DNA of 58,900 bases from Spirochaetaceae bacterium. GTDB taxonomy: Bacteria; Spirochaetota; Spirochaetia; Treponematales; Rectinemataceae. This document shows positions 45,986 to 55,185 of this stretch, in pieces. Position 1 is the first letter of the stretch, and every line of letters begins with the position of its first letter. Position numbers and translations under genes: made by a program. The stretch lies in contig JAJFUL010000296.1 of NCBI GenBank assembly GCA_021372425.1, forward strand, positions 1 through 58,900. The letters run 5' to 3'. Below the pieces are notes generated by a model. That model made no database searches and was not told the origin of the DNA. It worked only from the letters and a program-made list of their open reading frames with translations.

Positions 45986-47410
45986 ATGGCAAAACTTTGG
46001 CAAGGCGTACCGGGCTCGAAAGCGGTTTCGCTCGATCCAGATATCGAACGCTTCCTCTCATCGCTGTCCGTCGATACTCGGCTCCTGGACGAAGACCTCG
46101 AATGCTCGGCTGCCCATGCGCATATGCTGGGCGAACAGGGCATCCTTAGCCGCGAAGATTCGCTGAGGCTTTGCGACGAGCTTGCCGTGATGCGCTGCGA
46201 ATATCGTGAAGGCAAGCTCGTCGTGGATCCAGCGAGCGAAGACATCCATTCATTCATTGAAGAGGAGTTGGTCCGCAGGCTGGGCGACACAGGCAAGGAA
46301 ATCCATGCCGGAAGGTCGCGCAACGACCAGGTCGCCGTGGCGTTCAGGCTGCACTGCAAAAGGGCTTTTGCGGCCGCGCAGGGCAGAACTCTCGATTGCC
46401 TGGATGCGCTGCTCGATCTTGCGAAGGGCAACACCAGCACACTGATGCCAGGTTACACGCACCTGCAGCGTGCACAAGCCGTGACGCTTGCACACGAACT
46501 CATGGCCTGGTGTGCAGGCCTGGAGCGTGATTACGGACGCTTCGCCGACGGCCAGGCGCGCGCGGATGAATGCCCGCTCGGTTCCGGTGCGCTTGCAGGC
46601 TCGGGGCTGCCTGTGGACAGGGAGATGACAGCCGCCTCCCTGGGATTTGCGCGGCCTTCGCGCAACACGATGGATGCAGTGGCGGACCGCGATTTCTGCG
46701 TCGAATACGCTTCGGCGGCAGCCATGCTCATGACGCATCTGTCGCGCGCCTGCGAGGATATCGCGCTCTGGGCTTCGAGCGAATATGGTTTTGTGTGCAT
46801 TGCTGATTCAGCCAGCACTGGATCGAGCATCATGCCGCAGAAGCGCAATCCCGATCCTGCAGAACTGCTGCGCGGCAAATGCGCGCGCGTCATCGGCGAC
46901 CTCACCTCGCTGCTCGCCCTCCAGAAGGGCTTGCCCTATGCCTACAACCGCGACCTCCAGGAAGACAAGTCCTTGTTCTTCGATATCGAAGACACAATCA
47001 ACGCGTCCCTCTGCGCTTTTGCCGCGCTTGTCCGGGCCATCCAGCCCCAGCCTGAGAAAATGCTTGCTGCGACGCGCGGCAGCTTCATCGAAGCCACGGA
47101 CCTGGCGGAATTCCTCGTTGGGCGGAGCGTTCCTTTCCGATCGGCTTACCAGGCCGCCAAGGCGATCGTCAACCAATGCATCGACAGGGATTGCCAGATC
47201 CGCGACCTTGATGGTGCTCAAATTGCTGCGGCGCATCCGTCGCTCCAGGACATGAAATTCGATATGGAAGAGCTTGCTGATTATCTCCGGCCTGAAGCCT
47301 GCGTGGCCCGCAGGATCCAGACCGGAGGCCCGGCGCCGGGGAAGACGATGGAGGAAATCGACAGGCTTCGTCGTTTTGTGGCTGAAGAGCGAGGCAAGAC
47401 GGGGGCTTGA
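45986..47410 (+). CDS. argH: Argininosuccinate lyase
   Basis: Fumarate-lyase signature GSSIMPQKRNPD, HAGRSRNDQV, TLMPGYTHLQRAQ. Confidence 0.95.
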   Translation: MAKLWQGVPGSKAVSLDPDIERFLSSLSVDTRLLDEDLECSAAHAHMLGEQGILSREDSLRLCDELAVMRCEYREGKLVVDPASEDIHSFIEEELVRRLGDTGKEIHAGRSRNDQVAVAFRLHCKRAFAAAQGRTLDCLDALLDLAKGNTSTLMPGYTHLQRAQAVTLAHELMAWCAGLERDYGRFADGQARADECPLGSGALAGSGLPVDREMTAASLGFARPSRNTMDAVADRDFCVEYASAAAMLMTHLSRACEDIALWASSEYGFVCIADSASTGSSIMPQKRNPDPAELLRGKCARVIGDLTSLLALQKGLPYAYNRDLQEDKSLFFDIEDTINASLCAFAALVRAIQPQPEKMLAATRGSFIEATDLAEFLVGRSVPFRSAYQAAKAIVNQCIDRDCQIRDLDGAQIAAAHPSLQDMKFDMEELADYLRPEACVARRIQTGGPAPGKTMEEIDRLRRFVAEERGKTGA

Positions 47411-47453
47411 ATTCATTGCGCCATCTTGCCTGCCGCTATATACTTTCAAGCCG

Positions 47454-48134
47454 ATGAATTTCCAATGTAATGACAGGGCACCCGACTGCCAGCCAAGGCC
47501 GAGCCCAGCCTTCCCTTGTATCCTGCTTGCAGCAGGTGCAAGCTCGCGTATGGGCCGTCAGAAACTCCTCCTTCCCCTGGGGGATAGCACGGTAATCCGT
47601 TTCGTCGCCCAGGCTATCCTGCAGGTAGTCTCTCCGCTTATTGTTGTTACAGGCAAAGCCGAGGTTGAAATCTCGGACTCGCTTAAAGACCTTGAAGATA
47701 CGCTTGTCATCAGCAATCCCTCCTGGCAAAGCGGCATGGTGAGTTCAGCACAGGCCGGGATCAGCGCGCTTCTTGTCCGTTCCCCCGATTGCCAAGGCTT
47801 TTTCATCCATCACGCCGACAAGCCTTTTGTTCCGCCCGAGGTTTTCGCCGCGCTCAGCGCACGCGCGGAAAACATGGACGCACAGGGGGAACGGCCCATC
47901 GCTCTCATCGCATCCAGAAATGGAAAGCCAGGCCACCCCGTCTATTTCCCGAGATCATATATTCAGGCGATCATGTCCCTGGAAGGCGGCGAACGCCTCA
48001 GGGGCGTCATTGAGGAATTGGGCGGCACGCAAGTCGAATGTGGCAGTGATGCCGTCACCGAAGACATGGACAATCCAGGGGAGTACGAAGCCCTGCTGGC
48101 AAAATACGGAATGGGCGCAAAACGCGACCGTTGA
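47454..48134 (+). CDS. MobA-like NTP transferase, probably a molybdenum cofactor cytidylyltransferase (MocA/YgfJ-like)
   Basis: ILLAAGASSRMGRQKLLLPL, the same as the MocA motif AAGLSSRMGxxK, and later GKPGHPV. Start taken at ATG 47454; the track ORF from 47274 overlaps argH. Confidence 0.75.
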   Translation: MNFQCNDRAPDCQPRPSPAFPCILLAAGASSRMGRQKLLLPLGDSTVIRFVAQAILQVVSPLIVVTGKAEVEISDSLKDLEDTLVISNPSWQSGMVSSAQAGISALLVRSPDCQGFFIHHADKPFVPPEVFAALSARAENMDAQGERPIALIASRNGKPGHPVYFPRSYIQAIMSLEGGERLRGVIEELGGTQVECGSDAVTEDMDNPGEYEALLAKYGMGAKRDR

Positions 48135-48171
48135 ATGATGCGACAGTTGAATAAAAGGATTTGGTGCCTGA

Positions 48172-48660
48172 ATGAATAAAGATAAGGGCATTGAAAAAAC
48201 GAATGCGGTCCGGCACCTCGAGTCAATGGGGCTGGCTTTCGAGGTTCGCCACTACAAGGTGGACGAGGAAGACCTCTCAGCCAAGCATGCTGCCCAGGTG
48301 CTGGGAATGGATCCCGACCAAGTGTTCAAGACAATCGTTCTCCGGGGCGAGAGAACAGGTTATTTCGTCTGCGTCCTGCCAGGATCTTGCGAGATCGATC
48401 TGAAAAAGGCCGCGCGCGCCGCCGGGGACAAAAGTTGCACCCTCCTGCCGCTTGCGGAACTCGAACCGCTGACGGGCTATATCCGCGGCGGCTGTTCTCC
48501 CCTCGGAATGAAGAAGAAATTCCCCACCTTCATCGACGAAACCGCCATGCTGTTCGACAGGATCTCGGTCAGCGCGGGCAAGCGAGGCCTGCAGCTCCTT
48601 ATCAGCCCCGAAGACCTGAAAAACGCGACTGAAGCGGGCATGGCCGATTTGATTGCCTGA
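48172..48660 (+). CDS. ybaK: Cys-tRNA(Pro)/Cys-tRNA(Cys) deacylase YbaK
   Basis: About 160 aa. TNAVRHLE...VFKTIVL...TGYIRGGCSPLGMKKKFPTFIDE is typical of YbaK. Confidence 0.85.
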   Translation: MNKDKGIEKTNAVRHLESMGLAFEVRHYKVDEEDLSAKHAAQVLGMDPDQVFKTIVLRGERTGYFVCVLPGSCEIDLKKAARAAGDKSCTLLPLAELEPLTGYIRGGCSPLGMKKKFPTFIDETAMLFDRISVSAGKRGLQLLISPEDLKNATEAGMADLIA

Positions 48661-49036
48661 AACTCATAAATTTTGCAGAATAGCAAGATGCAGCCATCAT
48701 TTTCCTCTTGCTTTTATCAGTCGGTCTGCTATTATAGGTTTTACGGCTTCAGGACAGCATCGGCGAAAAGCCATAAGACAAGTCGTAATTGCTGTCATAC
48801 AGGAGCGAGATGCTCCACGCCGCGAGGTAAATACCATGATTTTTGTTGTCGAGACGAGTTCCCGCCGCCGCTTTTCCTGAAAATGCCCAAAGGCCGAAAG
48901 GCCGTTGAGCGCGTTACGTCAGATTTCTTCTTACAATGACATCCAGGAAGAATGGAAATCTGCGCTGCCAGAGGCAGGCTTCGAATATTTATGCCTTGTG
49001 GGCTCCGCATACGGTTTTAGACAATGAAGACAGGAT

Positions 49037-50791
49037 ATGGAAACCAGTCAAAACAACACGAAGCCCTACAGCAAGAAACTTTGGGGCTATATCGGCCAGT
49101 ACAAACACCTGGCCATTCCCGGCCTCCTGTGTATCATGACGATCGCGGCTGCCGGGATTTCGCAGCCTCTCATCCTCAAGGAAATCATCGACAAGGCGGT
49201 CCCCGCCAAAGATACGGCATTACTCGCGAAATACGCGCTCCTCTATCTGGGGATCGTGCTCGCCAGCGGGGTTTTGAGCTATTACGGCAGCATTCTCTTG
49301 TCGAAAATGGGCCTCTCCATAGTGACGAATATCAAGCAGGACCTCTTTTCACACCTGCTCAAGCTCCCCATATCATACCTGGATGCCCATCCGGTCGGCG
49401 AACTCATGTCGCGGACCGAAAACGACACCGAGAAAATAAGGGACCTTTTTTCGAACATCGGTGTGACGTTGATCGTCAGCATCCTGAGCATGGTAGGCAT
49501 CTTTATCGTCACCTTCACGCTGGCCCCGGCGCTGGCGGGGGTGATGCTGGTTGCGACGCTTACATTTCTGCTGATCCTCCTCTTCTTTTTCAACAAGTTG
49601 ATAAAGCTCTATGACAAGTCGAGGAGCCTCTATGCGAAAGTCGTTGCCAAGGTGACGGAATTCGTGCAGGGCATCGAGATAGTGAAAGTCTTCAACCGGG
49701 CAAAATGGGCTGCCGACTCTCTCGAGCAGACAGGCAAGGAAAAGAAGGATGTCGACATAAAGACCTCCATGTTCGAATACTCCGCCATGTCCGCCCTCGA
49801 TTCGCTTGTCGGTCCGATATTCATCGTTGCGCTGATTGTCCTTTATTCACCGAAAATCCTCTCGGGCGGCATGAGCCTTGGCACGCTGGTCCTCTTCTTC
49901 GAATACGGCTCCGCCCTTCTGCGCCCTGTGGTGCAGATAGCCGAGAGCATCCGCAGCATGCAGCAGTCAAAAACCTCGCTGAGGCGCATTCTGGCGATCA
50001 TGGCGATACCCGAGGAAGAAGGGAAGCAGAACGAGAAACTGCCGACCTTCGAAAACGAAATACGGTTCGATCATGTCTGGTTCGCCTACAAGGAAGAGGA
50101 ATGGGTCGTCAGTGATCTTTCATTCACGGTACCCAAAGGCTCGATGACAGCCGTGGTCGGCGCCTCGGGCTCGGGGAAATCGACGACGGTCGGGCTGCTC
50201 TGCGGTTTCTACCGGCCGCAGAAAGGCACAATCTACATCGATGAGGTCCCGCTCGCCGAACTTAATCTGGAGGCATGGCGCAAGAAAATCGGCCTCGTGC
50301 TCCAGGATGTATACTTGTTCCCGGGTTCGGTGCTGGAGAATGTCAGGGTCTACAACGACGACATTAGCCAGGAGACCGTGGAAAGCGCGCTCGAGACTGT
50401 GCAGGCGATGGATACGGTCAAGTCGCTTCCCCAGGGTCTTTCAACCAACCTCTGGGAGCGCGGCGGCAACCTGTCCGCAGGAGAGAAACAGCTTTTCGCC
50501 TTCGCGCGCGCCCTTGCGGTCAACCCGGAACTGGTCATCCTCGATGAGGCCATGAGCAATGTCGACATGGAGACTGAGAAAAAAATCACCCACAGTCTCG
50601 CGAAGCTGCTGGAGGACCGCTCGGCGCTCATTGTCGCCCACCGGCTCTCCTCAATCCTCCATGCCGACCAGATCCTTTTCTTCAGCGATGGGAAAATCAT
50701 CGCGAAAGGGACTCACGATGAACTTCTTGAAAAACTGCCTGAGTACCACGAACTGGTGCAGCAGCAGTTCATCCAGAGGAGCGGAGAATAA
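49037..50791 (+). CDS. ABC exporter, fused permease/ATPase (half-transporter 1 of a pair)
   Basis: Six-TM N-terminal domain, Walker A GASGSGKST, signature LSAGEKQ, Walker B LVILDEA. Confidence 0.85.
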   Translation: METSQNNTKPYSKKLWGYIGQYKHLAIPGLLCIMTIAAAGISQPLILKEIIDKAVPAKDTALLAKYALLYLGIVLASGVLSYYGSILLSKMGLSIVTNIKQDLFSHLLKLPISYLDAHPVGELMSRTENDTEKIRDLFSNIGVTLIVSILSMVGIFIVTFTLAPALAGVMLVATLTFLLILLFFFNKLIKLYDKSRSLYAKVVAKVTEFVQGIEIVKVFNRAKWAADSLEQTGKEKKDVDIKTSMFEYSAMSALDSLVGPIFIVALIVLYSPKILSGGMSLGTLVLFFEYGSALLRPVVQIAESIRSMQQSKTSLRRILAIMAIPEEEGKQNEKLPTFENEIRFDHVWFAYKEEEWVVSDLSFTVPKGSMTAVVGASGSGKSTTVGLLCGFYRPQKGTIYIDEVPLAELNLEAWRKKIGLVLQDVYLFPGSVLENVRVYNDDISQETVESALETVQAMDTVKSLPQGLSTNLWERGGNLSAGEKQLFAFARALAVNPELVILDEAMSNVDMETEKKITHSLAKLLEDRSALIVAHRLSSILHADQILFFSDGKIIAKGTHDELLEKLPEYHELVQQQFIQRSGE

Positions 50792-52602
50792 TGAAAGAAC
50801 ATACAGAGAAGAAGCAATCACATATAGCCTGGATCTGGAATATCTGGAAAGAAAGAAAGGGTATGATCGTCCTCCTGCTCGTGCTCACGCTGATCTCGAG
50901 CTTTGTGGCCGTCGCCTTTCCCTTGCTGACCAGGAAACTGTTTGACCTTTTCCAGAGCATCATCGAAAAGAAGGCTGAGTTCAGCGATCCACAGAAGGAA
51001 ATCAGCAAGATAGCGCTCTATTTTCTTGCGCTTGGCGTGGCAGGGTTCATATCCGGGTTCTTTCCCGGCATCCGCGGAGCGCTCAACGTGGTCTTCGATT
51101 ACATCATCAGGAACAAGTATTTCCGCAGTATCGAGGAGAAGGACTACAGGTTTTTCTCGAGATACTCGTCGGGAGACCTGACAACGAGACTGACCTCCGA
51201 CATCAGTGATTTTCCCCGGCTTTCCTGGTTCATGTGCTCAGGCATATTCAGGGCGGTGGAATCCACGAGCAAGGTAATTTTCTGCATTGTGGCCATGTTG
51301 GCCCTCAACTGGAAACTGGCGCTTTTCTCGCTGGCGCCTCTGCCGCTCATGCTCTGGATCTTTTCGAAGACCCAGGACACCATCTACGACAGGGTCAAGA
51401 AAAACGAGCAATCCGTTTCAAGCATCAATGAGCAGCTTGAAATGAGTTTCTCGGGGGCGCGCATCATCAAGGCTTTCGCCAGCGAGGCGAAATACGAGCG
51501 ATTCTTCGACAGCGCGCTTAAGAAGCGATTCAAGACCGAGACCGGTGTCATCAAGATGCAGACAATACTCGACCTCATCTACCAGTACATCGACTATGTG
51601 GCACAGATACTGCTTATATTCATCGGCGGGATGATGGTCGTGAAGGGCTCGATCACCATCGGAACTTTCTACGCATTCTACAACCTGCTCAACATGCTCA
51701 TATATCCGATACTCGACATTCCCAACCTCTTCGTTTCGGGGAAACGCGCTTTCGTCAACATCGACAGGCTCGAGGAACTCAAGGACTTCGAGGTGCCCGA
51801 TCGTGATCCATCGCAAGTGCCGATCAAGGAATTCGAGAAGCTCGAGCTGGTTGCGGCTTCTTTCCAGTACGAGGGAAGGGACAAGCCGGCGTTGGACAAG
51901 GTTTCCTTCGAGCTTGAGCGGGGCGACCGACTCCTCGTGATAGGCCCCGTTGGTTCGGGCAAGACGACGCTCGCCAAAATGATGGCTGGCCTGCTGCCAG
52001 TCCAGCAGGGCGGGCTTTTCGTGAACGGTCTGCCGTTTTCGAAGATAGAGACGGCCGACTGGTCCGCCATGCTGGGCTATGTGCCGCAGGAAGCCCTCCT
52101 TTTTTCCGGGAGCATCGAGGAAAACGTTGCTTTCGGGACAAACGAATCGCCGCCTGAGATCACCAAAGATGAATTATGGCGCTATCTCGAGACAGCCCAG
52201 ATCGGCGATGAGGTGAGAGCCTTTCCCAAGAGGGAAGAAACCCTGCTGGGCCAGCGGGGGATCAGCGTATCCGGCGGCCAAAAGCAGCGGATTGCAATAG
52301 CCCGAGCGCTGGCGCGAAAGCCGCAAATCGTCGTGTTTGACGACATGACTGCGAGCCTCGACACGAAGAACGAAGAGAAACTCTGGCAAGCGCTCCAGGA
52401 TCACGACAAGACCATTATCGCTGTGTCGCACCGGCTTTCCAGCATCCAGTATGTGGACAAGGTTCTCTTCCTCAAAGAAGGCAGGGTGATGGGGTTTGGC
52501 GCCCATGAAAAACTCATGGCGGGAAACGCCGACTATCGCGAATTCGTCGCTTCGCATATACGGCTCGACGCTAAGAATCGATTGAAAATGGATTGTGTAT
52601 GA
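50791..52602 (+). CDS. ABC exporter, fused permease/ATPase (half-transporter 2)
   Basis: Walker A GPVGSGKTT, signature VSGGQKQR, Walker B IVVFDDM. The start overlaps the previous stop (TAATG). Confidence 0.85.
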   Translation: MKEHTEKKQSHIAWIWNIWKERKGMIVLLLVLTLISSFVAVAFPLLTRKLFDLFQSIIEKKAEFSDPQKEISKIALYFLALGVAGFISGFFPGIRGALNVVFDYIIRNKYFRSIEEKDYRFFSRYSSGDLTTRLTSDISDFPRLSWFMCSGIFRAVESTSKVIFCIVAMLALNWKLALFSLAPLPLMLWIFSKTQDTIYDRVKKNEQSVSSINEQLEMSFSGARIIKAFASEAKYERFFDSALKKRFKTETGVIKMQTILDLIYQYIDYVAQILLIFIGGMMVVKGSITIGTFYAFYNLLNMLIYPILDIPNLFVSGKRAFVNIDRLEELKDFEVPDRDPSQVPIKEFEKLELVAASFQYEGRDKPALDKVSFELERGDRLLVIGPVGSGKTTLAKMMAGLLPVQQGGLFVNGLPFSKIETADWSAMLGYVPQEALLFSGSIEENVAFGTNESPPEITKDELWRYLETAQIGDEVRAFPKREETLLGQRGISVSGGQKQRIAIARALARKPQIVVFDDMTASLDTKNEEKLWQALQDHDKTIIAVSHRLSSIQYVDKVLFLKEGRVMGFGAHEKLMAGNADYREFVASHIRLDAKNRLKMDCV

Positions 52603-53885
52603 AAAAACGTCAAAGACTACCCGCTTTTGAATCCCGCGATTTTCGCCTGTGGTTCATTGGGCAAGGCATTTCGGTCATTGGTACCTGGCTGCAGAACACA
52701 GGGCAGTCCTGGCTCGTCCTGAAGCTTACCAATTCTCCCATGAAACTCGGCCTTCTCACAGCCGTGCAATACTTGCCTTCGCTGTTGCTGTCGCTTTTCA
52801 TCGGACCGCTCATCGACATGATCCCGAAACGGACGATCCTGCTCTGGACGCAATCGCTTTTCGCCCTTTCAGCGGCAGTGCTGGCTATTGTCTCATTTTC
52901 TGGGAACGAGCAGTACTGGCAGATCATGCTCATTTCCCTGTTCTCCGGCCTTGTCACCGCCGTCGATTGGCCGACGCGCCAGGCTTTCGTCTCGGAACAA
53001 GTGCAGGATCGATCCGCAGTCACCAATGCGGTGGCGCTCAACAATACGGTTTTCAACATCGCCAGGATCATTGGACCTGCGATCGGTGGAATCTTGATCG
53101 CCGCAGTCGGCATTCCCTGGACATTTGCCCTGAACGCCATCAGCTATCTGGCAGTCATCGTCAGCCTGATCTTCATGAAATCGGGCCGCACGGCGCAAAA
53201 ATCCAAGAGAGGGAATTTCCGAACTGAGGTGATGGAGGGCATGCGATACATCAGGAGCAATCCTGCCCTCGTCAGCCTGCTCGCCATAGTCTGCGTGATC
53301 AGTCTTTTCCTGCTGAACTTCAGCATCACGATACCAAGTTTTGCAAAAATCACGCTTGGCCTAGGGTCCGACGGCTATGGCGGCCTGATGTCTGCCATGG
53401 GTGTTGGAGCCTTGCTGGCAGGCGTTCTCATGTCGCTTGGCGGCAAGAAGCTCGAGCCTAAGCCAAGTTATGTTTATGTCTCGGGATTCATTCTGTCGAT
53501 CGGCATGATCCTGGTTGGGCTGCAGCGTAATCCTTTCCTGTCCGGGTTCCTGCTTGCAATCTGCGGCTTCGGCATGTCTTTCTTCACCACTATATGCAAC
53601 ACCTCGGTGCAGATGCTGTCATCCGACGAGATGCGAGGCAGGGTGATGTCCGTTTACAACATCGTTTTCGTCGGCGTTACGCCTTTTGGCTCACTCTATT
53701 CAGGGAAGATCGCAGATTCACTCGGCGGAAACTGGGCTTTCCTGCTGAGCGGCCTGATCGGGCTTGTTTTCCTGCTTTTCATGCGGTTCTTCGTGACATC
53801 GCACACTTTCAAGGGAATTACCTCCTTTGCGTGGACTGCGGCGCAGCATGAAGAGGCATTGCACGATACTGACCCGGCAATTTAA
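52599..53885 (+). CDS. MFS transporter (EntS/drug-exporter-like)
   Basis: N-terminal FESRDFRLWFIGQGISVIGTWLQ is typical of the MFS_3/EntS type. About 12 TM segments. ATGA overlap with the ABC gene. Confidence 0.8.
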   Translation: MKKRQRLPAFESRDFRLWFIGQGISVIGTWLQNTGQSWLVLKLTNSPMKLGLLTAVQYLPSLLLSLFIGPLIDMIPKRTILLWTQSLFALSAAVLAIVSFSGNEQYWQIMLISLFSGLVTAVDWPTRQAFVSEQVQDRSAVTNAVALNNTVFNIARIIGPAIGGILIAAVGIPWTFALNAISYLAVIVSLIFMKSGRTAQKSKRGNFRTEVMEGMRYIRSNPALVSLLAIVCVISLFLLNFSITIPSFAKITLGLGSDGYGGLMSAMGVGALLAGVLMSLGGKKLEPKPSYVYVSGFILSIGMILVGLQRNPFLSGFLLAICGFGMSFFTTICNTSVQMLSSDEMRGRVMSVYNIVFVGVTPFGSLYSGKIADSLGGNWAFLLSGLIGLVFLLFMRFFVTSHTFKGITSFAWTAAQHEEALHDTDPAI

Positions 53886-53968
53886 TAGTGGTGTTTTTCG
53901 CAAAATGTGTGTGCCGTCTTGTCGCCGGGTCGGTAAATGCCCTGACAGGTGTAAATTGCCCTGGCAGG

Positions 53969-55165
53969 TCAATTCTGCTCGCGGATGCCATTCCTTTCGA
54001 CCAGGTGCCGCAGGATCGCGGCAGTCCCGCCGAATTTGCCCAGCACGATCATGGCCGCTATGATATAGGGCTTGTAGCTGGCTTCGCGGTAAGTGTCATT
54101 CCGGTAGCGGTCGAAAACGCTTGCCGCAACCTCTCCGGCGATGCAGGATACGTCCGTGATATCCGCTGGCAGGCAGTGCATGTAGAGGGCCTTTCCATCT
54201 CTGGTCAGCTTCATTTTCTGCTCAGTACATTCCCAGTCCTTGAACCTGGCATTGTTCGCCAGAGCTGTCTTTTCAAGCTCCTTGAGTCCAGACTGGTCTC
54301 CGGCGTGCAGCAGCGGAACTCTTTTTAACATGACGTCATAGGGTGCCCAGCTCTTCGGATAGACGATGTCCGCATCCCTGAAAGCCTCGTCCATGGAATG
54401 GGTCACCGTGAGACGGCCGCCCGAAGCTTTGGCCTGCTTGTCCGACCGGGCGACCACGTCGGGAATGAGATCATAGCCTTCGGGGTAGGCGAGGGAAATA
54501 TCCATGCCGAACCGGCTGGCCAGGCCGATGATGCCCTGCGGCACCGAGAGCGGCTTGCCGTATGAAGGCGAATATGCCCATGTCATTGCGATCTTCTTTC
54601 CCTTCAGCTTGTCGAGGCCGCCAAAATAGTGCACAAGGTGGAGAAAATCAGCCATGGATTGGGTCGGGTGATCGATATCTGACTGGAGGTTGACGATAGT
54701 CGGCCTTGCGGGGAGTACGCCGGCTGCCACGCCCTCATCCAGGGATTTTGCGACTTCGCGCTGGTACTTGTCGCCTTCGCCGAGATACATATCATCTCGG
54801 ATGCCGATGGCCTCCGAGAGGAAGCTGATCATGCTGGCCGTTTCTCGCACGGTCTCGCCGTGGGCTATCTGACTCTTCCCCTCGTCCAGGTCCTGGACGT
54901 AGAGGCCGAGCAGGTTGCAGGCCGAGGCGAAGGAAAACCTGGTGCGCGTCGAGTTGTCCCTGAAATTGGAGACTGCGATCCCGGAATCCCATACCTTGGG
55001 GCTTATGTTGTTCTCACGCATGGCTCGCATGATGTCGGCCACCAGGAACGTGGCTTCGATCTCATCCCTTGACTTCTCCCAGGTGAGGAGAAAATCCTTC
55101 CCTGCCATATCGATCTTCTTCTGTGAAAGCGTCTCGATCAAACGCAAAATACCTTGTCTGTCCAT
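53969..55165 (-). CDS. ygeW: YgeW-type knotted carbamoyltransferase
   Basis: Near-identical blocks to E. coli YgeW: KDFLLTWE, FRDNSTRTRFS, DLDEGKSQIAHGETVRETA, QSDIDHPTQSMAD, KIAMTWAYSPSYGKPLSVPQGIIGL, ALYMHCLPADI, YKPYIIAAMI. Start at 55165 (AAGGAGAGG upstream) or 55189 (ATGA overlap with the upstream stop). Confidence 0.85.
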   Translation of the reverse strand: MDRQGILRLIETLSQKKIDMAGKDFLLTWEKSRDEIEATFLVADIMRAMRENNISPKVWDSGIAVSNFRDNSTRTRFSFASACNLLGLYVQDLDEGKSQIAHGETVRETASMISFLSEAIGIRDDMYLGEGDKYQREVAKSLDEGVAAGVLPARPTIVNLQSDIDHPTQSMADFLHLVHYFGGLDKLKGKKIAMTWAYSPSYGKPLSVPQGIIGLASRFGMDISLAYPEGYDLIPDVVARSDKQAKASGGRLTVTHSMDEAFRDADIVYPKSWAPYDVMLKRVPLLHAGDQSGLKELEKTALANNARFKDWECTEQKMKLTRDGKALYMHCLPADITDVSCIAGEVAASVFDRYRNDTYREASYKPYIIAAMIVLGKFGGTAAILRHLVERNGIREQN

Positions 55166-55185
55166 TTTCCTCTCCTTCATGCCGG

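Noticed and set aside
48673-48939. Cys-rich 88-aa ORF upstream of the two ABC exporters as a possible RiPP or bacteriocin precursor
   Set aside because: It has no SD and no leader or double-Gly-type motif. The ABC proteins lack a C39 peptidase domain and there are no modification enzymes nearby. An overlapping alternative ORF in another frame suggests it is a chance occurrence.
48661-49036. A known riboswitch (TPP, cobalamin, Moco, purine, guanidine/ykkC, SAM) in the long leader of the exporter operon
   Set aside because: I could not find the conserved cores I remember for these classes (for example the B12 box, CUGAGA, or the purine three-way junction). It is kept only as an unexplained structured region.
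53939-53968. Direct repeat GCCCTGACAGG…GCCCTGGCAGG between the convergent MFS and ygeW genes, as a bidirectional terminator
   Set aside because: The two copies are in direct rather than inverted orientation. Only 4-bp CCTG/CAGG pairings are possible and there is no T-tract.
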